From: Candidatus Micrarchaeaceae archaeon
GTDB lineage: Archaea > Micrarchaeota > Micrarchaeia > Micrarchaeales > CABMGC01
Assembly: GCA_038877255.1 (NCBI GenBank)
Contig: JAVYWZ010000002.1
Span: 1-48,341 of the forward strand
Reading direction: 5' to 3'
DNA: 48,341 nt
Shown here: piece by piece, positions 17,964-26,985 of the stretch
Numbering within the stretch: position 1 is the first letter of the stretch
Layout: each line of letters starts with the position of its first letter
Made by a program: the position numbers and the translations under genes
Notes under the pieces: generated by a model
Databases searched by the model: none
Told to the model about the DNA's origin: nothing
The model's input: only the letters and a program-made list of their open reading frames with translations

Positions 17964-20894
17964 TCATTTGCACAAAGGCGATGTTATCCAGCTGCAATCA
18001 AGGTTGCTCGAGCATGTTTCATTGCCAAAGTCCTGATTTACCGAGCTTGTGTTTCTAGAAATACCATAGCATGCAATTCCTTCTTTGCTCATGTCGATGA
18101 GCAAGTCATTTTTAAGAAGGTTTGACGTAGAGTTTATCAGCTGCAGGCCGTATGTGCCGTTGAATGCCGAGTTGCCGTAAACTTTTGATGCCGAGCTATT
18201 CAGCAAAATCATTCCATAATCGACATTTGACAGCGTGTTGTTTATGACACTTGAAAAACCAGTATGGTTAAGGCTTATGCCTATTGTGCCATTGCTAATC
18301 TTGTTATTTTTGACAATGCTCTGGTTTGCAGAGTAAAGCAATATTGCAGAATGGGTATCTGCTATGGTGTTGTTTATGGCTTCAGAGCTAGGACCATGAG
18401 ATACAAACGCATTCGTGAACCCTTTTATGAAGCAGTTCTCAAGCTCAACGTTGCTCGAATTTACTACGTTGACAAAAGTGCCTCCGGAAGTTGCAAAGAC
18501 CGTATGCCCATTGCAGTTTACTGTGGTGTGATTAGCAGCTGAGCTGTTCGTATTGTAAATATTGTAACAGGTAGTGCCTGTGGTGTAAAGCATGTCATTC
18601 TGCAGTGAAATTTCCGAAGGCGAAGTTACAGCTTCGCAAGGAGGATTTTCTGAAATTGCTGGCAAGACCAAAAGCCACCTGCAAGCATTCTTTGTATCGC
18701 CGCTGTTTACGCCGTTGATGTTAGCGTAGAAACCACTCGATGATGGCGAACAATAATAATCCAAAATCCTGTTTGAAAATGCGGTGTTGTTATATACGGT
18801 ATTATTAGTAAAGTTCACAAATGCAAATCCGTATGCAGGGTTTTTACCGGCATTGTTGAATGAAAGTGTGTTTTGTGACGCATTTACAAATCTGAATCCT
18901 GTCGAGTTTTTACTGCCGCCTGTTGCTGAATCATAAGAAAGAGAGCTTTTTCTGAGCGTGTTAAACAAGAATCCATAAGAAGAGTATGACGCTGTAGAAA
19001 CGTCAGAGAGCATGCTTGAAGCTACATGCGAGCCAGTTATGCCATACTGAACTAGTGAAATGCTTGCGTTATTTATTGACACTTTGCTCACATTGCCTAG
19101 CTGTATTCCAGTATCAAAATTGAACACCTTGCAGTTATTTATGCTAACGTTCGTTGCGTTGTGTATGCCGAAGGCGTAACCAGAGCCGCTTCCTGTAATT
19201 GTAGTGTTCTGGCAAGAAAATACAACATTGCTGGCGCTTATACTGAAGCAGCTTGAAGGCGTAACTATGTTTTGCACGAGCGAGTAGTTTCCAGGATGCG
19301 TTATTGCCTGGCAAGAAGACAGCGGGTACACTGCGAGTTGCGGAAGCACATGGCTCTTGCAAGAAGCCCAATTGCAATCAGTAACGCCGCAGGATATGCC
19401 TTGGAACAGATTTGAAGTGCTGTTGTAAGTCGATTTAGAGCAGTAAATATCGGCCTTGAAATTTTTGGTTATGTTGCCGCCGTTGAATGCGTCACTGGCA
19501 CCATTGTTCATGTATATGCCATATTTGTTGCCCTGCATGACAAGATTGCTTAATGTAACGCCTGAAGTGCTGTTTGAATAAATACCGAAAGAGCCATTGT
19601 AAGCAGTGATATGATCAAGCGTGCCTCCTGTAACGTTTGATAGGTAAATTCCGTATGTGGAATTGTGAGTGCTTACGTCGCTGATGTTTGCCGAAAACAT
19701 GTTTGTAGCCTTAACCGCATATGTATCATTTTCAAAATTGCAGTCTGCTACAGAATCGGCAAGCTTGCCATTTATCAAGACCGCTATGCCTGAATTGTCT
19801 ATGCTGTTATTGTTGCAGTTAAGAGTTGCATAGCCAGAAGCTATTTGTATGCATGGCACAAACCTAGACAGCTGATTTGACAGATTAAGAAACTGCGCCA
19901 TGTTTATACTATTCGAAAGCGAGTAATTGCCTGGAGTGTCTATAGTGCCGCATGTAGTTATTTTGCCAGGCGCAAGTTTTATTGTAGTAATGTTTGTGGG
20001 CAGGTTTGTTGTGGTGCACGAGGCAAAATTGCAGTAGAAATTGGTTTTGCAAGTCGAACTTGAGAAGTTGTTCTCGTGCAAAAAGCCGGATGTGCCTTCA
20101 CACATCAGGTCCACAGGGTTGTTTGAAAATGAATCCTTGTTGAAAATATTTTTTGTAGAGTTAATTACTATTCCAGAATACAGATTAAAATTGGACGCAT
20201 CGCCCAGCAGCCTGTTGCCATTTCCTCCAAGCAGGTATATGCCTCCCTCATTGCTTGATGCCCTTGACGCTGAACTATTTGCAATCAAGGAATTATATGA
20301 ATTGTATAAATACATGCCTGACATAGTGTCGTTTGTTGCATTTACGTTTGAAATGACTGCACTTGAACTGCCATTAACAAATATACCATATGAAAAGTCC
20401 TCTACAGCCACATTGCTCACCTTTGCTCCGGTAACGTGGCCTATCTCTATGCCGTAAGAGTATGGAGGAGTTATAGCATACGGTCCTGAACCCTTGATCA
20501 GATTGCTGTTCCCGTAAAGGGTCACGTTATTGGCTTCTATGCTTATGCAAGACGCGTTTCTCTCTTTAGTAAATATGCTGTTGATTAGGTAATAGGCGCC
20601 TGGCTTGCTTATTACAGTACAATTGTTTATATTGGAAAAGTTTTCATGTAGCGTCGTAGTTACAGTCGTGGTAGATTTATGCACAGACACTGCCTTTATC
20701 GCATAAATTGCCATAGCTACTGCCAATACAAGAACAATCAAGACTACAAATATCTTTGCAAAGCTCCTGTGCTCTGGTACAGGTTTGTAGCCGTATTGCG
20801 TCTGAGAACTTGGGCTTGGCTGTGAACCTACTGGTTGTTGCACTTCTTGCTGCTCCTGGGCACTTTGCTCTTGAGCAGAAACAGCGCTATCCAT
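17964..20894 (-). CDS. Large membrane-anchored surface protein with four NosD-like parallel beta-helix modules
   Basis: Q/S/P-rich N-terminal tail, then one TM helix (IFVVLIVLVLAVAMAIYAI). Four modules follow, each opening with C-x2-I/V-(S/T)-x-PG-x-Y-x-L and filled with ~22 aa G-I/Y-x-L/F-x-N-S/T repeats. There are dozens of N-x-S/T sequons. Alternative GTG start at 20909. Confidence 0.8.
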   Translation of the reverse strand: MDSAVSAQEQSAQEQQEVQQPVGSQPSPSSQTQYGYKPVPEHRSFAKIFVVLIVLVLAVAMAIYAIKAVSVHKSTTTVTTTLHENFSNINNCTVISKPGAYYLINSIFTKERNASCISIEANNVTLYGNSNLIKGSGPYAITPPYSYGIEIGHVTGAKVSNVAVEDFSYGIFVNGSSSAVISNVNATNDTMSGMYLYNSYNSLIANSSASRASSNEGGIYLLGGNGNRLLGDASNFNLYSGIVINSTKNIFNKDSFSNNPVDLMCEGTSGFLHENNFSSSTCKTNFYCNFASCTTTNLPTNITTIKLAPGKITTCGTIDTPGNYSLSNSINMAQFLNLSNQLSRFVPCIQIASGYATLNCNNNSIDNSGIAVLINGKLADSVADCNFENDTYAVKATNMFSANISDVSTHNSTYGIYLSNVTGGTLDHITAYNGSFGIYSNSTSGVTLSNLVMQGNKYGIYMNNGASDAFNGGNITKNFKADIYCSKSTYNSTSNLFQGISCGVTDCNWASCKSHVLPQLAVYPLSSCQAITHPGNYSLVQNIVTPSSCFSISASNVVFSCQNTTITGSGSGYAFGIHNATNVSINNCKVFNFDTGIQLGNVSKVSINNASISLVQYGITGSHVASSMLSDVSTASYSSYGFLFNTLRKSSLSYDSATGGSKNSTGFRFVNASQNTLSFNNAGKNPAYGFAFVNFTNNTVYNNTAFSNRILDYYCSPSSSGFYANINGVNSGDTKNACRWLLVLPAISENPPCEAVTSPSEISLQNDMLYTTGTTCYNIYNTNSSAANHTTVNCNGHTVFATSGGTFVNVVNSSNVELENCFIKGFTNAFVSHGPSSEAINNTIADTHSAILLYSANQSIVKNNKISNGTIGISLNHTGFSSVINNTLSNVDYGMILLNSSASKVYGNSAFNGTYGLQLINSTSNLLKNDLLIDMSKEGIACYGISRNTSSVNQDFGNETCSSNLDCSWITSPLCK

Positions 20895-20943
20895 ATTATC
20901 AGAAACCACACAATCAACAGTGCATTTAAATTTACTTTTATGT

Positions 20944-20951
20944 ATTTATAA
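20944..20951 (+). promoter_or_regulatory. TATA-box candidate for tRNA-Thr
   Basis: ATTTATAA is centred ~28 nt upstream of tRNA position 1, the archaeal box A spacing. Confidence 0.4.
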
Positions 20952-20975
20952 CTAACTATCACTATTAAAGCAGTT

Positions 20976-21047
20976 GCCTCAGTAGCTCAGTGGTAGAGCG
21001 CCTGTCTCGTAAACAGGAGGTCGAGGGTTCAATCCCCTCCTGAGGCT
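20976..21047 (+). tRNA. tRNA-Thr (anticodon CGU)
   Basis: Hand-folded cloverleaf: acceptor GCCTCAG/CTGAGGC, D arm GCTC-AGTGGTA-GAGC, anticodon arm CCTGT-CTCGTAA-ACAGG, variable loop AGGTC, T arm GAGGG-TTCAATC-CCCTC, discriminator T. No intron, and CCA is not encoded. Confidence 0.9.
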
Positions 21048-21251
21048 AGTGAACTACCCTGCCCTTGCGGACAAGCTTCCACCACATCCGCAACTTTGGA
21101 GCTTCATACGCTTGCCAAGTCAAGGGAACTTCCCGCTCACCGGGTTAACTTTGACTGATTTTATATGATTTTGCCCTATAAGGAAATTGCATAACAAGAT
21201 CGCATCTGTCGAAATGCTTCATTTCAATATTGAACGCAGAGACATAGACAT

Positions 21252-22457
21252 CTATACAAACAGACTTGCAAAAACTTTTGCGTCGGTTACCATATCGCTT
21301 ATTTTCAGGTATTCGTTTGGCTGGTGAGCGTTATCAGGCAGAGTAGCCCATACTGCAGAATGCATGCTAAGATCTCTAAAGAACTTGGCTACTGTGCCTC
21401 CGCCTATGCCCACAAGCTCTGGCTCAACATGCTTAATTGCATTTATTGATTTGATTAGCATCTGCACTATAGTTGAGCTCGCTGGCGTAGGTTTTGCAGG
21501 TATTTCTTCATTAACAGTTTCTATTTCTACGCTTGCTCCAGACTTTGCCGCAATGCGCTCTGCTATATTTGTTATTTCACGTCTTATCTTTTCTGGATTG
21601 TAAATAGGCAATATTCTACAATCCATGTAAAACGTTTCGCTTCCAGGCACTATGTTAGTGCTATCTACATTTGCTTCATGCTTCGTCATCTCGAACGTAG
21701 AGTAAGGCGGTTTGAAGAGCTTGTCTTTTGCGGCGTATTTGCTGTGCAGAAACTTGTCCAAAGCGCTCAGAATCTGTATGGAAACGCGATAGGCATTTAC
21801 GCCCAACGCAGGTGTGCTTGCATGGACCTGTTTTCCATGTACTTTGAATCTAAGCCACAAGATCCCTTTCTCTGCTATCTCTATCTGACTACCTTTGTCA
21901 TTGCCGTCATCTGGCACAAGCATCAGATCATCATGCCTGAATAGACCTTCACTTATTAATTTTTTAGCCCCATATTCACTTCCTGTTTCCTCATCTGCCA
22001 CTAACGCAAGGCCGAATCTGTATTTTAAATCGGCATTTGATTCTTTCAGCGCCTTTAAGGCAAACAGGCTTGAAACAACTCCCTGACCGTTGTCAGAAGT
22101 GCCTCTGCCGTAAATTTTGCCTGATTTTACATAGGCTTTGAATGGATCGTGAGCCCATAAAGACAAATCTCCGGCAGAAACAGTATCGATATGAGATAGT
22201 ATCCAAAGGATCTTTTCGCCGCTCCCAAAAGTAGTTACCAAATTAGATCTTATAGAACCTGCGGTGTCTTTATAGTCATACCTCTTGACTTTCTGCCCAA
22301 AATGCTTCAGTAAGTCTTCAAGATAGTCGGCGCGCTTGCTTTCTCCGGAGCCGCCGCTTTGCGGCGCTATTGCCGGTATTGCGATAATGTCTGAAATTGT
22401 CTTTACCATATCTTCCTTGTATGAATCAATCAATTGGAATATACTAGGCATAGTCAT
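21252..22457 (-). CDS. M20-family metallopeptidase (ArgE/DapE/ACY1 family)
   Basis: SHIDTV, GRGTSDNGQG and LVADEETGS are the metal-ligand motifs of the M20 family. The track start 22493 adds a hydrophobic leader, so ATG 22457 (MTMPSIF) is preferred. Confidence 0.8.
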   Translation of the reverse strand: MTMPSIFQLIDSYKEDMVKTISDIIAIPAIAPQSGGSGESKRADYLEDLLKHFGQKVKRYDYKDTAGSIRSNLVTTFGSGEKILWILSHIDTVSAGDLSLWAHDPFKAYVKSGKIYGRGTSDNGQGVVSSLFALKALKESNADLKYRFGLALVADEETGSEYGAKKLISEGLFRHDDLMLVPDDGNDKGSQIEIAEKGILWLRFKVHGKQVHASTPALGVNAYRVSIQILSALDKFLHSKYAAKDKLFKPPYSTFEMTKHEANVDSTNIVPGSETFYMDCRILPIYNPEKIRREITNIAERIAAKSGASVEIETVNEEIPAKPTPASSTIVQMLIKSINAIKHVEPELVGIGGGTVAKFFRDLSMHSAVWATLPDNAHQPNEYLKISDMVTDAKVFASLFV

Positions 22458-22708
22458 CTTTTGAAGGTAAAACAATAAAAAGCAAACATACAATTGGTTT
22501 TAGTTTATTTCCCTATGCTCTTTTTAAATAGAAAAGCATGCCTATTGCGAGCATTGTCTGAGGTTCTGAGGTTATCACATATTGCAGTCATATGTGGGTT
22601 GACTAAAAAGTGACTTTATGATCCTTATAATAAACTTGCCCGCTTTTATCCCGTTTGCAGAAGGAGACTTCCTGCTGAGTTAAACTTGACTTAATGTGCT
22701 TTTTCATT

Positions 22709-24394
22709 TTAGAATGAAAGCACATTGCTCCTGCTTTCTACCTCTGCTTTAAGCATGCTTTCAAATTCCTTAATGCTCATTTGTTTTTGGGCGCCTGACC
22801 TACTTCTTACAGTAATATTGCCATTCTTGCGTTCTTTTTCGCCGAGCACAACGATGTAAGGCGGTTTCTCGTTCAGTGCTTCGCGTATTTTGTACTCTAT
22901 GGTTCTGTCGCTCGTATCGCACTTTGCGCGCACCTTAGCTTTTTTTAGTTCAGCATTTACCTGCTCAGCATAGTCATTTGTTTTTTCTGATATTGCTATT
23001 ACTTTTGCTTGTTCAGGCGCAAGCCAGGTTGGGAATTTGCCCTGATAATGCTCAACAAGAATGCCTATGAACCTTTCAAGAGTTCCGAGTATTGCCCTGT
23101 GCACCACGACAGGCATTCGCTGCCTACCGTCTTTGTCATTATAGCTCAGCTTGAACCTTTGCGGCAATTGGTAATCGAGCTGTATTGTTGCGCATTGCCA
23201 TGCCCTGCCCTGCGAATCGAAAACATCAAAATCTATCTTTGGACCATAGAATGCGCCCTCCTTTTCTTTTATTACATACTTTATGCCGTTTGCATCGAGC
23301 GCGGCCTTAAGCGCCTCTGTTGCCTTTTCCCACTGCTTTTCGTCGCCCATGTGGTCGTCTGGCATTGTAGAAAGTTTTGCAGCATATTTCATGCCGAAAG
23401 CGCCATATACTTCGCCGACCATTTTCAGCAAGCTTGTTATCTCGCTTTCTATCTGATCTTCGCGTATGAAAACATGCCCATCGTCTTGGGTCATCTCCTT
23501 GACTCTTAGCAAGCCAGTGGCAACGCCGCTGAGTTCGCTCCTATGGAGCTTGTCGAAAATAGCTGTTCTAAATGGCAATTCCCTGTAGCTCCACTTTCTT
23601 GATTTGTATATAAGCATTGTTGAAGGGCAGTTCATAGGCTTTAATCCCACTCTGCCCAAACTAGAGTCGAAAATGAACATGTCTTTATTATAATGCTCCA
23701 AATGGCCACTCACCTTCCACAAGGCCACATTGGCAATCTCTGGAGTGCTTATTTCCTGATAATCATATTCCGCTTCTTTCTCGCGCATGAACTTGACAAG
23801 CTCGTTATAAATCACGAGGCCATTAGGATGCCAGTATACCATTCCAGGCGATACCTCTTGAAAGCTGTAAAGGTCGAGCTTTTCTCCAATTGTTCTGTGA
23901 TCGTTCTCTGGCAATCCCGACCAGTCACTCTTTTTTACTATAGACGTATCTATTCTTTCAGAGACCTTTTCGACCTTTGCCACGTGCTTGCCATATGCCT
24001 TAGACTGCTCTGCGAACGGGTAGCCCTTCACGTTTATGCTCAATTGCTTATTCCAGCCGAAAGGCGCAGCATGAACCTCTATCTTGCTCTTGCCAGCAAG
24101 ATCCGCCATGTACTTGAATAGCTTCATTGCTTCTGAAGGAGCGGCCAAATTACTGCTTAGATGCGCAAACGGATACAATATAAGCTTAGGTACTTTCTGC
24201 TTTTCTGCAAATTTTATTGCGTCATTTACAGCTGCGCTTGCCTCATCTTCTGTGTCGCCCTTCTCTACGCATACAAACAGCGCTATGGCGTTCTCAACCC
24301 TTTCCCGCTTCTTACTGCTCTCTTCGTATACGCTCGACTCTGGCTTTATGAGCGCATACTCTATATTAGCAACATCGAATTGCAAAACGCGCAT
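22709..24394 (-). CDS. thrS: Threonyl-tRNA synthetase, archaeal type with N-terminal DTD-like editing domain
   Basis: The N-terminus MRVLQFDV..YPFAHLSS..APFGW matches the archaeal ThrRS editing domain. The class II core has zinc ligands (MNCPST, DDGHVF) and a C-terminal anticodon-binding domain. Alternative ATG at 24412. Confidence 0.92.
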   Translation of the reverse strand: MRVLQFDVANIEYALIKPESSVYEESSKKRERVENAIALFVCVEKGDTEDEASAAVNDAIKFAEKQKVPKLILYPFAHLSSNLAAPSEAMKLFKYMADLAGKSKIEVHAAPFGWNKQLSINVKGYPFAEQSKAYGKHVAKVEKVSERIDTSIVKKSDWSGLPENDHRTIGEKLDLYSFQEVSPGMVYWHPNGLVIYNELVKFMREKEAEYDYQEISTPEIANVALWKVSGHLEHYNKDMFIFDSSLGRVGLKPMNCPSTMLIYKSRKWSYRELPFRTAIFDKLHRSELSGVATGLLRVKEMTQDDGHVFIREDQIESEITSLLKMVGEVYGAFGMKYAAKLSTMPDDHMGDEKQWEKATEALKAALDANGIKYVIKEKEGAFYGPKIDFDVFDSQGRAWQCATIQLDYQLPQRFKLSYNDKDGRQRMPVVVHRAILGTLERFIGILVEHYQGKFPTWLAPEQAKVIAISEKTNDYAEQVNAELKKAKVRAKCDTSDRTIEYKIREALNEKPPYIVVLGEKERKNGNITVRSRSGAQKQMSIKEFESMLKAEVESRSNVLSF

Positions 24395-24445
24395 CTCATC
24401 ACGCCAAAACATTTGAAAAGAAAGTTTAAATTGATGCTGTATAAG

Positions 24446-26179
24446 CTATTTGTGCTTTTTCTCTACGAAGAAATTGCCTATTGCAAGGTACTCGGCACCA
24501 GTATTCTCTAGAGTCCAAAGTGCGTCGTCAGGGCTCATCACTATAGGCATGCCGTGCTTGTTAAGGCTTGTGTTCAGCACTGCGCCAAAGCCTGTCTTCT
24601 TTCTTATGCCAAGTAGCAGTTCCCTGTATTCTTCATTCTCATCGCCAAGGATCTGCGGCCTTGTCGTCATATCTATATGCGAAGCAGCAACAAGCTCATG
24701 AAAGCGCTCAGGTATTACCTTATAACCAACAGTCATGAACCTGTTGGGCCTTATATATGGATTCAAAAGCTTTTGAGCATCTTCTTCTAGTATCGTGCTG
24801 GCAAAAGGCTGGTAGTAAGGCCTGCGTTTTATAATTATGTTTACTTTGTCGCGGTTCTTAGGGTCGCTAGGTAATGCAAGCACGCTCCTGTTGCCCAATG
24901 CTCTGGGGCCATATTCCATTCTGCCTTGGAACCACAGAACAATCTTGTTCTCTTCTGCTATTTTAGCAGAGACATACTTTGCAATATCGCTTATCTCCTG
25001 ATATTCTATGCTTTGCACTTCAGTATGCTTCTTGATAGCCTGCTCTATCTCTATGTCTGTGTATTCCGGCCCGAAGTACAAATTGTTTATCTGCTTTCTC
25101 ACAAGCTTGCCATGCTCCTGAAAATCTACCAAATAAGCGGCGCCAAGTGCAAGACCGCCATCACCCATCTGTGGGAACACAAAAAAGTCCTTTACCTCAG
25201 GCAACTCATTTATAAGCATATTCACAATGACATTTGAGAAAAGTCCGCCTGCAACTGCAACATACCTTATTCCGGTTTCGCTTATAAATTGTTTCACTAT
25301 TTTCATAACCTGCTCCTCTGTATGGCGCTGCACTGCATATGCGAGCGCTTCTCTATTGTATTTCCAGAGTAAATGATCTCTTATGTATTCTGCAAGCTCG
25401 AACTCGTATTTTATGCCTGTTCTGCTTACCAATTGCTTTTTGCGCTCATCGTATTTGACAATCTTTTCAAGCTCGTGTATAAGTTCAGGATATGAGTATG
25501 CGGCAAGCGACATAAGCTTGCCCTCATCCTCGCTGTAGCGCATGTCGCACGCCAGGGTTGCTGCCCCATAGAGAAGCCCCAGGCTTGCGCTTGCTTTGAA
25601 TGTAGCTAGCCTGTTTAGCGTGCCATTATCACCTATGCTTACGCTGCCACTGAGGCCGTCACCAGCACCGTCAAGCGTTATCACAAGCGCCTCCTTAAAG
25701 CCCGACGCGTAATAAGCTGATGCAGCATGAGCAACATGATGCTCAACAAAAACAAGCTTTTTGTCAATACCAAGAACCCGAAGCTTGCGCGCAAGTACGC
25801 TATTGCCTATATGCGTGCCGAGAAAGTGCCACATTGCTCTTGGCTTTTGGTCTTGAACGAGCCTAAACACAATGTTTTGCATGTGCATGCGTAGTCTACT
25901 CGGCTTTTTGCACGTTTTTCTCCACAGCTCCCGCCTCTTTTTTTCCAGATTTGGCAATATTCTTGCAAAAAGAGCACTACCACCATACCATGGGATTGCC
26001 ACTTTCTCTATATCTTCAGATTGCATCTGCTTCAAAATATAGCGTATGGAGTTTACAGGAAAGCCAACGTCATTCTTCTTCTTTGTAAACCTCTCTTCAT
26101 TAACCGCAGAGATTACCTTGCCTTCGTGAACCAAGGCAGCTCCGGCGTCATGCGCATCGTGTATTCCTATAATCGCCAT
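24446..26179 (-). CDS. Carbamoyltransferase, NodU/CmcH family
   Basis: MAIIGIHDAHDAGAALV..NEERFTKKKND at the N-terminus (ASKHA/Kae1-like), HHVAHAASAY, GDGGLALGAA, and the C-terminal YrdC-like-partner domain NTSLNKHG. Confidence 0.85.
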   Translation of the reverse strand: MAIIGIHDAHDAGAALVHEGKVISAVNEERFTKKKNDVGFPVNSIRYILKQMQSEDIEKVAIPWYGGSALFARILPNLEKKRRELWRKTCKKPSRLRMHMQNIVFRLVQDQKPRAMWHFLGTHIGNSVLARKLRVLGIDKKLVFVEHHVAHAASAYYASGFKEALVITLDGAGDGLSGSVSIGDNGTLNRLATFKASASLGLLYGAATLACDMRYSEDEGKLMSLAAYSYPELIHELEKIVKYDERKKQLVSRTGIKYEFELAEYIRDHLLWKYNREALAYAVQRHTEEQVMKIVKQFISETGIRYVAVAGGLFSNVIVNMLINELPEVKDFFVFPQMGDGGLALGAAYLVDFQEHGKLVRKQINNLYFGPEYTDIEIEQAIKKHTEVQSIEYQEISDIAKYVSAKIAEENKIVLWFQGRMEYGPRALGNRSVLALPSDPKNRDKVNIIIKRRPYYQPFASTILEEDAQKLLNPYIRPNRFMTVGYKVIPERFHELVAASHIDMTTRPQILGDENEEYRELLLGIRKKTGFGAVLNTSLNKHGMPIVMSPDDALWTLENTGAEYLAIGNFFVEKKHK

Positions 26180-26793
26180 GCAAAGCACGTGAAGCGTTTT
26201 AACAGCGTATATATAGGTCAGCATCTTTAAAAATTCACCTTTTTATGGTCTTCCACAATTTTCTCACGCATATCGCATCAAATACGCAATGAGGCATGCA
26301 AATGCATGCACCACAACCTTCTTTATCCCTACAAATCTATTTTTGAAAGGCCGAATAGCTCTTTCAACTTCACACGCGCCGAGAACATATGTGTCAAGGT
26401 TAGGTTGTTATACATGCGTTTTGCTTTTAGTTTTTTCTGATTATACTACACAGCAAACACCTGCATGTATCTAATCCGATACGCAGTGCATGTTGCATGT
26501 GGCTCTTTGCTGCAACCTTTGCAGCGGCTAGAGCCACTGTTATTTTGTTTTAGGGCAGCTGTATCTGTTTTGCCAGTTAAGAAATAAGAAAATCCTGCGT
26601 ATTCTCTTTTATCTCGAAGCACAAGCATTTAAAGAGGCAACAACCTAGCCAAAGTTGCAGTGCATACACAACTCAGCAATTAGAAGCGCAGCTTTGCACG
26701 CATCGCAGCATAGCATTCTGCTTTTTTCTCCTGCGTGGCAAAAAGGCACGGTTATTTGCTACGCAGAACAAGCCCGCGCTTTAGCCCCGCTTG

Positions 26794-26985
26794 CTATTGG
26801 GCCTGCTCGTAAGCAACGTACTTGCCGGCATCTTGAACTGAAACATTACGAGCTATCCACTTTGGCTCGTCTTCCCAGTACCATTTCTCGAGCTTCTGCC
26901 GCGCGTACCTGCTTATTACAGGCGCATGCCAAAGCATTATTTTGCACCAAAACTGCACGTTAGGCTTTCTTGGTAACTTTTCCAT
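26794..26985 (-). CDS. Hypothetical small Trp-rich basic protein overlapping the 3' end of the RAM-domain gene
   Basis: ORF MEKLPRKPNVQFWCKIMLWHAPVISRYARQKLEKWYWEDEPKWIARNVSVQDAGKYVAYEQAQ. The start is uncertain: in-frame ATGs also occur at 27012 and 27033, and the track uses TTG 27039. No family recognised. Confidence 0.35.
   Translation of the reverse strand: MEKLPRKPNVQFWCKIMLWHAPVISRYARQKLEKWYWEDEPKWIARNVSVQDAGKYVAYEQAQ

Noticed and set aside
26289-26963. Track ORFs 26289..26474 (+), 26446..26628 (-) and 26655..26963 (+), considered as genes filling the gap.
   Set aside because: Their composition is Cys/His/Arg/Thr-rich junk with no motifs. They are barely above the 60 aa threshold and mutually overlapping. 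The region is treated as non-coding.
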